From contig CAIQCQ010000015.1 in NCBI GenBank assembly GCA_903870365.1, positions 1-56,068 on the forward strand: DNA of 56,068 nt. Direction: 5' to 3'. The notes under the pieces were generated by a model. The model saw nothing but the letters and a program-made list of their open reading frames with translations, did not search any database and was not told the DNA's origin. This stretch comes from an uncultured bacterium (GTDB lineage: Bacteria > Patescibacteriota > Minisyncoccia > Phycocordibacterales > DATDWN01). How positions within the stretch are numbered: position 1 is the stretch's first letter; each line of letters begins with the position of its first letter. The position numbers were made by a program, and so were the translations under genes. This document shows positions 29,508 through 40,926 of this stretch, in pieces.

Positions 29508-29948
29508 TTACGCACAAGTTGTAGCACTGGCACCCAATACAGCACCTTCAGTCTTTGCATTACCAGAGTTGTCTGTACACCAGTATCCACCGGCACCCTT
29601 CAAAGGAGCCTGGATAACCCAACTACCTGCAGCATTATCACATGCAACGGTTGTTGATGTTTCGACAGCGTTTGTCGTACCAACAGTTGTTCCAGACGGA
29701 CCTGAAGCAGCAGCATTAGTCAAAGCCTTTGAAACACTTGCATCTGCACAGACACCTGCGTATGTTCCACCAGCATTGTCATAGTTTAATTCAGCCTGAG
29801 CTCGCATATTGTTCAAATCCTCCTTTACTGCAGCATCAGCTCCCTTGCCTCGAGCTGTGTTTAATGATGCCAACACGACAGAAGAAAGAATACCGATGAT
29901 CGCAATAACCACCAACAATTCAATCAATGTAAAACCTTTTTGTTTCAT
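29508..29948 (-). CDS. pilA: Major type IV pilin
   Basis: KGFTLIELLVVIAIIGILSSVVLASL; 4 Cys; own terminator. Confidence 0.88.
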   Translation of the reverse strand: MKQKGFTLIELLVVIAIIGILSSVVLASLNTARGKGADAAVKEDLNNMRAQAELNYDNAGGTYAGVCADASVSKALTNAAASGPSGTTVGTTNAVETSTTVACDNAAGSWVIQAPLKGAGGYWCTDNSGNAKTEGAVLGASATTCA

Positions 29949-30386
29949 AATTATAATCTTATTAATAAATAATCTGTTACCGTTCATAATAATAAACGAA
30001 TATATGTATTATACGCTATATAGAGACTCGGCAAATGGAGTGGTGTGGATAACGGAAAAAGAAGAATTTATAATTATGCTAATTGACCTAATTTCTAAAA
30101 TAAAGGATATTTACCCTAGGCTCACGCCTAGACAAAAAACTTCCTTAGTTGATTTATTCTAAGCTCATGCTCGTGATATTTCACCCCTATATTAACTACT
30201 CGGTTCAGAAATGAATATGAGTAGATTTCCATTTCACTCGCTCTACGTCGTTAATGACACTAGATAAATTTTCCACCAGAGTTACTGCAACTTGGGATTT
30301 TTTAGGTTAATTATAAGGGGACACTTATGCTTTAGCTATATTAGAGCAATTAGAAATTTTATACATATACAAAGATTAAACCTATC

Positions 30387-31598
30387 TCAGCCAGTCGAGG
30401 CAATATTGTATATAGGAACCAAAACAGAGGCTAGCAATGCCCCCACACCCAATCCAAGACTAACAATCATAATTGGTTCAATCAAACTAACCAAAGTATC
30501 AACAGCATTGACCACTTCTCGTTCATAAAACTTTGCCAATGTTTTCAAAATATTACCAAGCTCACCTGTCTCCTCTCCCACTTTAACCATTTGAACCATA
30601 ATACCGGGAATATACTTTTCATATGGCATAAGAGCGTTAGATAAAGACACACCACCTTTTACCTGATCAAGAGCATCAAGCAAAATATTTCTGTATATTT
30701 CATTATCCACCACATCAGCAGTAATCTCTAAAGCTCTCAATATCGGAATACCACTCAAAATCATGGTGTTCAAGTTGTCAGCAATGCGTGATAAATACAG
30801 TTTTCGATACAAATTACCTAAATATGGTATTTCAAGTCTTATTTCGGATAAATGACGTGCCCCTTCTACTGTATGGGCGTATTTCCAAACCAAAAAACAA
30901 AAAATGACCACTCCTATTGCCACATACAAACCATAGTTAATAAGAAGTCCTGATATATTTAAAACAATTTTAGTATAGACAGGAATTGGCTGACCTGAAT
31001 CAGTAATCATCAATGCAATTTTTGGGATGATCACCGTAAACATAAGGATCATTACACCTGCAAATGTAGCCATGACGAATGCTGGATAGACCAACGCATT
31101 TTTAGCTTTTGAAGTGACGGCATACGTCCGATCCAAATAGTCTGCCAAATAATTAAAGGTATCATCAAGTTTACCCGACTCTTCTCCCGCACGAACCATA
31201 TTGACATAAAACAAAGAAAATACATCACCATGTTTACCCATGGCATTGGACATACTGGTTCCCGCCTGCAAATCATCAGCAATAGAAATAAGATGTTTAC
31301 CTAAGGTTGGATTTTCTGCTTGTTCACCGAGCATCCGAAAAATACGAAGAGCTGAAACTTGTGCGTCAAAAAGAGTGGCGAGCTGTCGTGACAAAATAAC
31401 AATATCTTTTGTTGATACTTTATTAAAAAAGCTTATTTCCAAACTCAACATATCTTTTTTCTCTTTCACTGGATTAACCTCAGACAAAATAAGACCTTGT
31501 TTTTGTAAAATACTAATTGCATTATCAATATTGATAGAGTCAATCGTCCCCTGTTTTGTTTCCCCTGTGGCATTTAATCCTTTGTATGAAAATTGCAT
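30387..31598 (-). CDS. pilC: Type IV pilus platform protein (T2SS F family)
   Basis: AGEESGKLD, VGEETGELG, LIEP motifs. Confidence 0.95.
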   Translation of the reverse strand: MQFSYKGLNATGETKQGTIDSINIDNAISILQKQGLILSEVNPVKEKKDMLSLEISFFNKVSTKDIVILSRQLATLFDAQVSALRIFRMLGEQAENPTLGKHLISIADDLQAGTSMSNAMGKHGDVFSLFYVNMVRAGEESGKLDDTFNYLADYLDRTYAVTSKAKNALVYPAFVMATFAGVMILMFTVIIPKIALMITDSGQPIPVYTKIVLNISGLLINYGLYVAIGVVIFCFLVWKYAHTVEGARHLSEIRLEIPYLGNLYRKLYLSRIADNLNTMILSGIPILRALEITADVVDNEIYRNILLDALDQVKGGVSLSNALMPYEKYIPGIMVQMVKVGEETGELGNILKTLAKFYEREVVNAVDTLVSLIEPIMIVSLGLGVGALLASVLVPIYNIASTG

Positions 31599-31650
31599 AT
31601 GAGTTTTTATTGTTCGTTTCTCGTAAATCTTACTTTGTATTTCTTTCACC

Positions 31651-32712
31651 TTATACCAATCTCTCCAATCCCTTCCCATTTTGTGAATAAAGATACGCAT
31701 TTTCTACTGTAATCTCCCCTAATTTAACGAGATCAGCAAGCGTATGATTGAGATCAATCATACCCTGATCACTGCTCGTTTCAATCACTGTATTGATCTC
31801 GTGCAAACGATTTTCTCGAATGAGATTAGAAACCGCGGTGTTATTAATCAACAATTCATACGCTGGTATCAATCCTCCAGAGACACGAGGAATCAATCGT
31901 TGAGAAAAAATACCAATGAGTGACGACGCGAGCTGAACTCGAATCTGGTTTTGTTGTTCAGAAACAAATGAATCAATAATACGAGCCACTGTCTGAGCCG
32001 CGGTATTGGTATGCAGTGTAGAAAAAACCAAATGACCTGTTTCCGCGGCAGTCACTGCAGTTGAAATAGTCTCTGGTTCACGCATTTCCCCAATCATTAG
32101 CACATCGATATCCTGTCGAAAAACACCACGTAATGCAGTATGAAAATCTGGTGTATCTTCACGAACTTCGCGTTGATCAATAATCGCTTTCTTTGACTCA
32201 AAAATATACTCAATTGGATCTTCAATGGTAATAATATGCTCGAGACGATTCTCATTGATATGCTCAATCATAGCTGCCAATGTCGTTGATTTACCCTGTC
32301 CTGTCGGCCCCACACACAAGAAAAAACCTTGTTGTTTGTTTGCGAATGTTTCCAAAATAGGTGGTAGATTCAAGTCCTCAAATTTTCGAATCTGCTTTGG
32401 AATCAAACGTAACGCAATACAAACTTTTCCCACTTGAAAATACGCATTGCCTCGAAAACGGACTTCACCTTTATGGTCATACGCAAAATCAACTTCTTTG
32501 TTTTGTACGAATTCTTCTTTTTGTTTTGTAGTAATCAGTTCATCAAGAATTCCTTTGACATCACTTCGAGAGAGTTCGGCTTTTTTAATCAATGGAACTA
32601 ACTCTGAGGCCACCCGGAAAACAGGCTGACGCCCTTCTGAAATATGCAAATCAGAAGCATTTTCCTGTATCATGAGATCCACCAATTCATTAAGTTCTTT
32701 TTTATAGTCCAT
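31651..32712 (-). CDS. pilT: Pilus retraction ATPase
   Basis: GPTGQGKSTT, TIEDPIE, GEMRE, AAETGHLVFSTLHT. Confidence 0.95.
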   Translation of the reverse strand: MDYKKELNELVDLMIQENASDLHISEGRQPVFRVASELVPLIKKAELSRSDVKGILDELITTKQKEEFVQNKEVDFAYDHKGEVRFRGNAYFQVGKVCIALRLIPKQIRKFEDLNLPPILETFANKQQGFFLCVGPTGQGKSTTLAAMIEHINENRLEHIITIEDPIEYIFESKKAIIDQREVREDTPDFHTALRGVFRQDIDVLMIGEMREPETISTAVTAAETGHLVFSTLHTNTAAQTVARIIDSFVSEQQNQIRVQLASSLIGIFSQRLIPRVSGGLIPAYELLINNTAVSNLIRENRLHEINTVIETSSDQGMIDLNHTLADLVKLGEITVENAYLYSQNGKGLERLV

Positions 32713-32801
32713 ATATTAAGTTTACAAGTTTGAAAGTAAAAAGTTTTGAAAGTTAAGAAATTTCCCATGGCTCTCAACTTATATTTTTACCTTTTCTACT
32801 T

Positions 32802-33233
32802 TTATTTTTTCTTTTTATAAATATTTAATACCTGTGCAACAACCTCAGACGGAATATTTGTTGCCTTTACAATAAAACCATCGATACCTATTTGCTTGGC
32901 TTTTTCATCGTCATCCGCTTGATTAGTCAACATCACAATACATGCATCACCATCAAGTTTTTCTTTACGAATCGTTTCCAATAATTCCAGTCCATCAATA
33001 TGAGGCATAATAATATCGAGTAAAATAATGTCTGGAGTATATCCTTCCCTCAGTTGTTTCAGCGCATCAGTCCCATTAACTGCGATACTCACCTGACAAC
33101 CAGATTTACTAAATTTCAATGAATACATATCAAGCAAAAACTTATCATCATCAACAAGAAAAATTTTAATCTTCTTTTGAGAGGAAGTATGCTCAGCATC
33201 TGATATCTCTGTTGTTGTGTGTTCCTCTTGCAT
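32802..33233 (-). CDS. Single-domain response regulator (receiver)
   Basis: LVDDD, LLDIIMP, MLTN, IVK. Confidence 0.92.
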   Translation of the reverse strand: MQEEHTTTEISDAEHTSSQKKIKIFLVDDDKFLLDMYSLKFSKSGCQVSIAVNGTDALKQLREGYTPDIILLDIIMPHIDGLELLETIRKEKLDGDACIVMLTNQADDDEKAKQIGIDGFIVKATNIPSEVVAQVLNIYKKKK

Positions 33234-33245
33234 ACATTTTATTTA

Positions 33246-34973
33246 TTACAACGTATTTACTTCTTCAAACGGAATGATTCTATTCATTGCTTTAATAATA
33301 GCATCTTCTTTCATGGTTATCATCCCTTTTGCACGAGCAACTTTCCATATTGCAGGCTCTGTTGGATCTTTGAGAATGATTTCTTCAATATCTTTATTCA
33401 TTTCGAGTACTTCCATCACCGCAACTCGTCCACGAGTGCCTGTAGGACACTGTGGTGTTTGTAATTTTTCGTATATCTTTTCAGAAAATGGTAGCTCTTT
33501 TTTAAATTGTTCTGGTAAATCAGCGAAACTCTCTTCGACAAATAGTTTCAAACTACCGTCAATCGGTACTTCTTTTCCTCCATCAGTACACAGTGCAGAA
33601 ACGAGACGTTGCGCCATAGCTAAAATAAGTGTTGGGGCAATCAAATACGGATCAACTCCCATATCAATCAAACGAGGAATCACGCCAATAGCCGAATTGG
33701 TGTGGATGGTCGATAACACCAAGTGACCCGTGAGCGCTGCCTGAATAGCCAACTGTGCAGTCTCTTTATCACGAATCTCACCAACCATAATGACGTCTGG
33801 ATCTTGTCGCAAGGTCGTGCGCAAACCCGAAGCAAATGTATAATCAATTTCTGGCATTACCTGTGACTGTGAGACACCTTCCATACTGTATTCAATTGGA
33901 TCCTCGAGAGACAATACATTTTGATGATCGTGATCAATTTCAGAAAGCATAGAATACAAGGTTGATGTTTTACCAGAACCAGTCGGTCCTGAAATAAGAA
34001 TGAGACCATATGGCCGAGTAATTGCCTTACGAATAAGTTCTATATTTCGCTTACTTAATCCAATATCATCCATTTTTTTTACTCCTCGCTCCTGGTCCAA
34101 TAATCGCATCACAACTTTCTCTCCAAAATAGGTTGGAAACGTTGATACACGAAAATCAATTCCTCTCCCCTCAACACGAGTGGCAAAACGACCGTCCTGG
34201 GGTTTTCTCTTTTCATCCAAACGCATATCACACAAAATCTTGATACGGGCTACTACGGCAGCGTGAATTTTTAATGGCAACACAATACTGGTGTTCAACA
34301 CACCATCAACTCGAAAACGAACTATTACATTTTTTCTATGAGGCTCAATATGAATATCGGAGGCATTACCATCTGTGGCATATCGCAATATGGTGCCCAC
34401 AATTTTTGTGACAGGGGCATCTTCACTTATTTTACCATCAGCAGTGAGATCGATATCACCTTGTCCTTCTGATTTACCTTTTTTATTTTTTGAATCTTCA
34501 GTCTTTAACTCAAATTCAAGTTCAGACAATGCTTTGTTTACTTCACCTGATATACCTTTATACAAAGACATCGCTTTTTCAAAATCTTCTTGAGAAATAA
34601 GAAATATCTTGAAAGGCATGCTAGCTTTTGCTGCAATAAAATTTAATGCATCCCGAGCTTCTATATTGTCTGGATCAATCAAACCAACTTGCAACACTCC
34701 GTCAGACACAGCAATCGGTACAAACCCATAATGTCGAGCGGACTCCTCAGGAATAAATTCTAATATATTAGATGGAATATCGACACCTTCCAAAGAAAAA
34801 ACTGGTACATCCAAAAAATCACCTTTAGCTCGTAAGATTTGTTCAGCTTGTACACCATGCTTTAATAATACTTGTTCAATAGACAGATCATTCGCGGTTG
34901 ATTCATCCAAAATGCCAGCGACATCTTCTTTTTTTACTATTCCTTTTTCAACTAAAATATCGGCAATGTTCAT
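33246..34973 (-). CDS. pilB: Pilus assembly ATPase (GspE/PilB)
   Basis: ASDIHIEP, PQDGR, GPTGSGKTS, LRQDPDVIMVGEIRD. Confidence 0.95.
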   Translation of the reverse strand: MNIADILVEKGIVKKEDVAGILDESTANDLSIEQVLLKHGVQAEQILRAKGDFLDVPVFSLEGVDIPSNILEFIPEESARHYGFVPIAVSDGVLQVGLIDPDNIEARDALNFIAAKASMPFKIFLISQEDFEKAMSLYKGISGEVNKALSELEFELKTEDSKNKKGKSEGQGDIDLTADGKISEDAPVTKIVGTILRYATDGNASDIHIEPHRKNVIVRFRVDGVLNTSIVLPLKIHAAVVARIKILCDMRLDEKRKPQDGRFATRVEGRGIDFRVSTFPTYFGEKVVMRLLDQERGVKKMDDIGLSKRNIELIRKAITRPYGLILISGPTGSGKTSTLYSMLSEIDHDHQNVLSLEDPIEYSMEGVSQSQVMPEIDYTFASGLRTTLRQDPDVIMVGEIRDKETAQLAIQAALTGHLVLSTIHTNSAIGVIPRLIDMGVDPYLIAPTLILAMAQRLVSALCTDGGKEVPIDGSLKLFVEESFADLPEQFKKELPFSEKIYEKLQTPQCPTGTRGRVAVMEVLEMNKDIEEIILKDPTEPAIWKVARAKGMITMKEDAIIKAMNRIIPFEEVNTL

Positions 34974-35016
34974 ATGGTATGAAAGATTTAAAAAATACAA
35001 GCAAAAAATACACTCA

Positions 35017-35457
35017 TTATTTTTTCTTAGTGGTAATAACAGGCACCGGTACACTCACTGTTGTTGTTTGTCCAATAGGCGAAAACAAATCTGTTTTACC
35101 AGGAGTATCATTTGGTAGCGGTGTAGAAAAATCACGTAACATACCCCATGCAGCATCAGTAAACAGTGATGTATCAATAGTTGTCCGACCAATCTGACTG
35201 AGCAATGACACGATATCCTGACTTCCTGTACCAACTGTATTTGTTGTTTGAGTCATCCCCACCCCACCCATTGGTGCAGGACCGGTACCACCAGGTCCAG
35301 GCATTGAAGGTGCTCCAGATCCAAGTCCTGGCATCATGGTTGGTTGATTTTGTACAGACACAGGAGTGGAACTCGTGCCCAAAAAATAATACAAAAAAGC
35401 AAACAATGTAACAAAGAAAACTCCTAACAAAATTTTATTTTTTTTAAGATATTCCAT
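35017..35457 (-). CDS. Pilus-operon membrane-anchored protein (PilP position), Pro/Gly-rich linker
   Basis: Position after pilO; N-terminal TM; GKTDLFSP. Confidence 0.65.
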   Translation of the reverse strand: MEYLKKNKILLGVFFVTLFAFLYYFLGTSSTPVSVQNQPTMMPGLGSGAPSMPGPGGTGPAPMGGVGMTQTTNTVGTGSQDIVSLLSQIGRTTIDTSLFTDAAWGMLRDFSTPLPNDTPGKTDLFSPIGQTTTVSVPVPVITTKKK

Positions 35458-35459
35458 GA

Positions 35460-36014
35460 TTAATTAAGTGAATACGTATCCAACGACACATCAAATTTTA
35501 AATCTGATACACTTCCACTCCCCACTGAAATCTTTCGCACATCCATTAATTCAATATTACTTTCAATGTCTTTCAAAAAAGCGAGAAAGTTTTTATATTG
35601 TCCAGTGGCACTAAACGATACAGATGTTGTTTTGTATGGTGAATTTACTGGAGTAGTAGTGACAGTTTCCGGTGCATTGTTTGTGTCCCCCGTAGACGAA
35701 CCACCTGCAGCGACAGATTTTACAACTATCCCATGTTGAGCAGCAATAGTAGTAATATCAGATGTCACTTTAATAATATCGAACTTTGGTGGAACTAAAG
35801 CTGATAATTTTGCCTTATCAACATCTGAAATATTGTTGTACTGCTGCAACAAAGCATCACTCTGTGTTTTAACCTGTTTTGCACTGGCAATAGCATTGGT
35901 ATACGTAGTGATTTGAGTTCGTAAACTCATCACAGCAGTATACTGTGGACGGACATAGAAAAAGAATAGTCCAACTGAAAGTGCGATAAGAATAAATGAT
36001 ATACTACTTTTCAT
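35460..36014 (-). CDS. pilO: PilO-like protein
   Basis: TM, coiled coil, GQYKNFLAFLKDIE. Confidence 0.8.
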   Translation of the reverse strand: MKSSISFILIALSVGLFFFYVRPQYTAVMSLRTQITTYTNAIASAKQVKTQSDALLQQYNNISDVDKAKLSALVPPKFDIIKVTSDITTIAAQHGIVVKSVAAGGSSTGDTNNAPETVTTTPVNSPYKTTSVSFSATGQYKNFLAFLKDIESNIELMDVRKISVGSGSVSDLKFDVSLDTYSLN

Positions 36015-36024
36015 AATAAATATA

Positions 36025-36699
36025 TTAAGGCATTGTCTGGCTACTTGTAGCTAGATTCTGCCCTGAATTACTTGTATCTACCGATGTGTCACCAGAAGAA
36101 ACCTGATCATACCCTAAAATAGTTGGATCAACGGTAGCCTGAAATTTCATTAATACGGTCCCTTTATCTGATAAATTTAAATCAGAAAAGGATTGATCTT
36201 TCATATAAGAAATCTTTGAAAAAATATTTGCCTGTTCAGCCAATACCCCATAAGATGCGGCTTCTCCAGAAACAGAAACACTTAGTGTATTTTTAGATCC
36301 TGGTGAAAAATCAAATGTACTCAAAGTAACTTTTGGCAAAAGATTTGCTTCAAACAACGCAAAAATATTTGATGCAGCAATATGATTTCTTAACAATGTT
36401 TTACCAGAATTAATTTGATTTGACGCATTGACTAATTGAGTCAACGTATCAGGATCAAATGATGATTTGGCCAACACGAGAGTGTTACTCAAATCAGATA
36501 ACTGTGAATTGAGAACGTGTTCATATCCAAACAATGCACCACTCGCCAGTAATGACACAATAAAAAGTAATGTGCCGACGGTAGAAATTAAACCTGTCGT
36601 ACCAATCGAGTGTGAAGTTGATACAGACGATATCCCCTGTTTGACACTTGATACCATGGGACTTTTTGGAATAAATGAGGTTTGAAATTTAGGTTCCAT
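36025..36699 (-). CDS. pilN: PilN-like protein
   Basis: QTSFIPK N-terminal motif, TM, VSGEAASY; between pilM and pilO. Confidence 0.72.
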   Translation of the reverse strand: MEPKFQTSFIPKSPMVSSVKQGISSVSTSHSIGTTGLISTVGTLLFIVSLLASGALFGYEHVLNSQLSDLSNTLVLAKSSFDPDTLTQLVNASNQINSGKTLLRNHIAASNIFALFEANLLPKVTLSTFDFSPGSKNTLSVSVSGEAASYGVLAEQANIFSKISYMKDQSFSDLNLSDKGTVLMKFQATVDPTILGYDQVSSGDTSVDTSNSGQNLATSSQTMP

Positions 36700-36824
36700 A
36701 CAAAATTAAAATAGTCTGCATAATACTTTTGTGTGTTCACACAAAAGTATTTAATATACGCATATATTCTATCATGGAAAAATTTCAATGTAGAGAGTGT
36801 AGAAATAAAAACGGTGGATTACTT

Positions 36825-37979
36825 TTACAACTCTTCAAGTTTACGTAACGCCAAACCAACAGCTACAGCAAACTGTGGACCAGTCTGTCGAAGAACTTCT
36901 TCTAGAAAAACAGGTGTGACTACTTTCGAAAATGGATCACCCGATACCACATCCGTCTGAAAACCTTTCTTTGCCGCATCATTAACTCCTTTAAGAGCTG
37001 ATCCCCCACCCACCATAATCACCTTGCTGACGGCTTTGTTATATTTTTTTTCAAATGTTAACACGATACGATTTGCTTCCTCGAAAATATACTCCAAGGT
37101 CAACATGATCACCTGAGAAATTTCCTGTCCTTCAGGCGTGGTAGCAGTCATTCCAAGATCACATTTCATAACTTCCGCCCTCTCAATAGGTACTCCAAAT
37201 GATTTGGCAATAGACGCGGTAATATTTTGTCCACCTCGATTAATGGTATGCGATACTTTGAGCACACCTCGTTCCACAATAAATAATTTTGTCGTAGCTG
37301 CACCCATATCAAAAATCATAACTGGATCAAGAGTCTGTTCAAGTACGGAACGCATCGTAGAAAATATTTCTATTTCAAAAAATCCAGCGTCAAGATTGTT
37401 TTTAGTTGCTAAATCAACATACCGACCGAGTGTATCATTGTGAATTGCTACAACTAACACATCTACCGTAGAAATTTTCTTTGGTTGGCCCGCTTGTGAG
37501 ACAGACTGCCCAGCAGGCAACGGTGTACTATCAAAATCTGTCGTTGGTCGTACATCATTACGTGGAATAATAGACCAATCAAGCGTCACTTCAGAAATGG
37601 GTACCGGGATATATTTACGAGCCTCCAAGGGAATCATTTCTGCAAGTTGCTTGTGTGATACCTCTGGCATTTCAATAACCGACATCAAACTCGAAGAAAA
37701 TGGAATAGCTATACCGCACAAACGAGTCGTAATATTGACTTCTTTTTCAACTAAAATATCATGGAGTGCTTCGATCAGTTTTTCTTGTGGTAAAACCGTT
37801 GCGGTTCCCACAGATGTTTTAGCATAGGGTCCCAGAGATAATTCGCCATACGTTTCAAGTATTGCCCGAGCCCCTTTTCGTTTAAGTTGAACTATTTTAA
37901 TAGAAGATGAACCAATATCTATACCCAAAACACTCTGACCCGTATTACCTGCAAAAAGTTTTTCAAAAAAGTTAGACAT
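36825..37979 (-). CDS. pilM: Type IV pilus assembly protein PilM
   Basis: LGIDIGSSSIK, EARKYIP, DMGA, GGGS, AVGLALR. Confidence 0.95.
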   Translation of the reverse strand: MSNFFEKLFAGNTGQSVLGIDIGSSSIKIVQLKRKGARAILETYGELSLGPYAKTSVGTATVLPQEKLIEALHDILVEKEVNITTRLCGIAIPFSSSLMSVIEMPEVSHKQLAEMIPLEARKYIPVPISEVTLDWSIIPRNDVRPTTDFDSTPLPAGQSVSQAGQPKKISTVDVLVVAIHNDTLGRYVDLATKNNLDAGFFEIEIFSTMRSVLEQTLDPVMIFDMGAATTKLFIVERGVLKVSHTINRGGQNITASIAKSFGVPIERAEVMKCDLGMTATTPEGQEISQVIMLTLEYIFEEANRIVLTFEKKYNKAVSKVIMVGGGSALKGVNDAAKKGFQTDVVSGDPFSKVVTPVFLEEVLRQTGPQFAVAVGLALRKLEEL

Positions 37980-38117
37980 AGTATATTCAACACAAATTAC
38001 ACATTTTTACAAAATATAAAACAAAATATAGAATTACAGCTAGTTAGGTCATTCGCACACATTCAGGGATTACTATCGTATGTCAATCTTAACACAAAAG
38101 TCTTATAATTAAGGGTA

Positions 38118-38768
38118 ATGTCCACAAAAATTTCTGACATATTTGATTTGTGTATTTCCTTCCTATTTCCAACACGAAATAAAGAAAAAATTGTTCACAG
38201 GCTCTCTGACGCTGATATTTCTGCTTTACCTCGGCTACACAAACAATTCCCTGGTATCATATCCCTTTTTTCATACAAAAATTCTGATATTCAAGCACTG
38301 ATTTGGGAGTTAAAATATCATCGCAACAATAAAGCCTTTACACTCGTTGGAAAATTACTGGCTGATGCCCTTCTCGAAGAACTCTCTGACAAAATGCTCT
38401 TTGAAAATTGGCAGGCGATACTTCTGATTCCCATACCAATCACCAATGTTCATCGTCGTGAGCGTACTTTTTCTCAAACAGAATTACTCTGTACAGAAAT
38501 GCTCTCACATCTTCCAGACACAGTTATCTATACGCCCCAAGCTCTCACAAAAGTGCGCGAGACCGAAAAACAAAGCCGCACTACAAGTCGAACGCAACGT
38601 TTACATAATCTCCGTGGAGCATTTTCTGCCAACATAACACTTGTCCATAACAAAAATGTAGTCCTTATTGATGACGTCACTACCACAGGTGCCACCATAC
38701 ACGAAGCAACTCGTGCACTCAAAACGGCAGGAGCAAAACATGTTCTGGCACTCACAATTGCACACTAA
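38118..38768 (+). CDS. comF: ComF-family competence phosphoribosyltransferase-like protein
   Basis: LIWELKY, PIP...RER.F.Q, LIDDVTTTGAT. Confidence 0.9.
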   Translation: MSTKISDIFDLCISFLFPTRNKEKIVHRLSDADISALPRLHKQFPGIISLFSYKNSDIQALIWELKYHRNNKAFTLVGKLLADALLEELSDKMLFENWQAILLIPIPITNVHRRERTFSQTELLCTEMLSHLPDTVIYTPQALTKVRETEKQSRTTSRTQRLHNLRGAFSANITLVHNKNVVLIDDVTTTGATIHEATRALKTAGAKHVLALTIAH

Positions 38769-40771
38769 ACTTGGTGCTCAATATCAAGTTTTTTCTTAGG
38801 GACCACTCCGTGTGCAATTAACAAATTCTCAAATTCTGGACGTTCCATGGTTTCTACCTCTATCATTTTTTGAGCAATCGCATCCAACAGTGGTCGATGA
38901 GCTTCAATTGTTGTCTGGGCCTTGACCATGGCTTCATTCATAATACGTGAAACTTCAGCATCAATTTCTGCGGATACTCGTTCTGAAAATTCCTTGTCTG
39001 CCACACCTTGGCCAAACAACACCTTGCCACCAGCACCCTCAAAAGCAATGGGTCCGAGTTTGTCCGACATACCATATTTTGTCACCATGTCTCGTGCTAA
39101 CGCAGTTGATACTTGCAAGTCATTACTTGGTCCAGTGGTCAGATCATCAAACATCATTTTTTCTACAACATATCCACCCAGGGAAACAGCGATATCATCC
39201 AAAAATTCTTTTCGTGATTGTAATTTATTATCTTCAATCGGTAATTTGAGCACATACCCTGCAGCACGACCTCGGGCAATAATAGAGATTTTATGCACAG
39301 GATCAGCATACGGCAAGATCGAGGCAAGGACTGCATGACCAGCCTCATGATAGGCAGTAATTTCTTTTTCTTTTTTACCTAAAATATGACTCTTACGTTC
39401 TGGACCAAGCATGACTTTTTCAATTGAACGTATTAAATCATACTGAGAAATCTTGGTGCGATTTTCCCGAGCAGCCAAAATCGCACCTTCGTTCATCAGT
39501 GAATATAGATCCGCACCAGAAAAACCGGGTGTTCTCTCTGCAATCACTTCCAAATTTACATCTTCAGCAAATGGCTTCTTGGTTGAGTGCACTTTCAAAA
39601 TTGCCTCGCGGTCAGATCGATCAGGCAGATCAAGAGTCACTCGTCGGTCAAATCGTCCCGGACGAAGTAGTGCCGGGTCAAGCACGTCTGGTCGGTTAGT
39701 CGCTGCCATGACAATCACTTTTTCATTTGGTTCAAACCCATCCATCTCTACCAAAATCTGGTTCAATGTTTGTTCACGCTCATCATTGCCCCCACCAGCA
39801 CCAACACCACGCACACGACCAACGGCGTCAATCTCATCAACAAAAATAATAGCTGGAGAAGAACGTTTGGCCATCATAAACAAATCACGCACTCGAGATG
39901 CTCCAACACCAACAAACATTTCCACAAACTCACTTCCAGAAATAGAAAAGAATGCCACGCCCGCCTCCCCTGCCACAGCTCGAGCAAGCAAAGTCTTGCC
40001 GGTACCTGGTGCACCCATGAGTAAAATACCTTTTGGAATGCGTGCGCCAATATCCAAAAACTTTTTTGGGTTTTTCAAAAAGTCGACAATCTCCGAGAGT
40101 TCTTCCTTTGCTTCTTTAGCTCCTGCCACATCTTTAAATGTCACTTTTTGAGAGCTATCATTGGGATCAATCATCCGGGCTTTTGACTGGCCAAATGTAA
40201 AGGCCTGCATTCCAGCTCCTTTGACCTGACGGGTCATATACCATACAAACATAACAATGAACAAAAGTGGTCCAAATATTGGTAATAAATTGATTACCCA
40301 ATATATAAAGCCTGTGTCAGAGTTGATTTGTACTTTGACGACAGTCAGTTCTGCTGGAGTGACGCCATAATTAAACAACGTTTGCGACAAAGCTACGCCT
40401 TCTTCTTTTTTAGAAGTTTTCTTGGTGCCGTCTTTGTAGATAACATCAAGAGCGTCACCTTTGACATCCACTTCAGTCACTGTCCCCGCTTTAATATCAG
40501 AAGTAAGTTGAGATACCGGTATATCAAATGTCTGAGTGTTTTTACCAGCTAACCATGAATAGACACCCGATAAAATAATAAAGATAAGGAGTGTGGTTGC
40601 AATATATGAAATGAGAGAGGTTTTTTGCGGACCCTTTTTACCACCACCCATAAATGGCAGTGGTGTTTTTTTCAGAAAAACTTTTTTCTGATCTTGCTTC
40701 TGGTCTTGCTCGGGTTTGTTACCCTGTTCTTTTTTGTCTGGAGCTGGTTGTGGTTGATTTTTTTTAGCCAT
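38765..40771 (-). CDS. ftsH: ATP-dependent zinc metalloprotease FtsH
   Basis: [22 protein letters not shown]. Confidence 0.98.
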   Translation of the reverse strand: MAKKNQPQPAPDKKEQGNKPEQDQKQDQKKVFLKKTPLPFMGGGKKGPQKTSLISYIATTLLIFIILSGVYSWLAGKNTQTFDIPVSQLTSDIKAGTVTEVDVKGDALDVIYKDGTKKTSKKEEGVALSQTLFNYGVTPAELTVVKVQINSDTGFIYWVINLLPIFGPLLFIVMFVWYMTRQVKGAGMQAFTFGQSKARMIDPNDSSQKVTFKDVAGAKEAKEELSEIVDFLKNPKKFLDIGARIPKGILLMGAPGTGKTLLARAVAGEAGVAFFSISGSEFVEMFVGVGASRVRDLFMMAKRSSPAIIFVDEIDAVGRVRGVGAGGGNDEREQTLNQILVEMDGFEPNEKVIVMAATNRPDVLDPALLRPGRFDRRVTLDLPDRSDREAILKVHSTKKPFAEDVNLEVIAERTPGFSGADLYSLMNEGAILAARENRTKISQYDLIRSIEKVMLGPERKSHILGKKEKEITAYHEAGHAVLASILPYADPVHKISIIARGRAAGYVLKLPIEDNKLQSRKEFLDDIAVSLGGYVVEKMMFDDLTTGPSNDLQVSTALARDMVTKYGMSDKLGPIAFEGAGGKVLFGQGVADKEFSERVSAEIDAEVSRIMNEAMVKAQTTIEAHRPLLDAIAQKMIEVETMERPEFENLLIAHGVVPKKKLDIEHQV

Positions 40772-40926
40772 AGTGATGCTACTATACGATAAAAAATCTC
40801 AAACTCAAAACTTGACATTATTCAATCTAAATGCTAGGGTGTGCATCAGTTCTGTTCCTTTGGAAAGAGCTATGGTAAGTGTTCTGGATCTGTGATCGGA
40901 GCGACACCAACCACTGAGGTAGAGTA

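Noticed and set aside
39453-40151. 232-aa antisense ORF and similar shadow ORFs
   Set aside because: Mirror frames of conserved genes (ftsH, pyrG, map, rplF); expected from codon bias.
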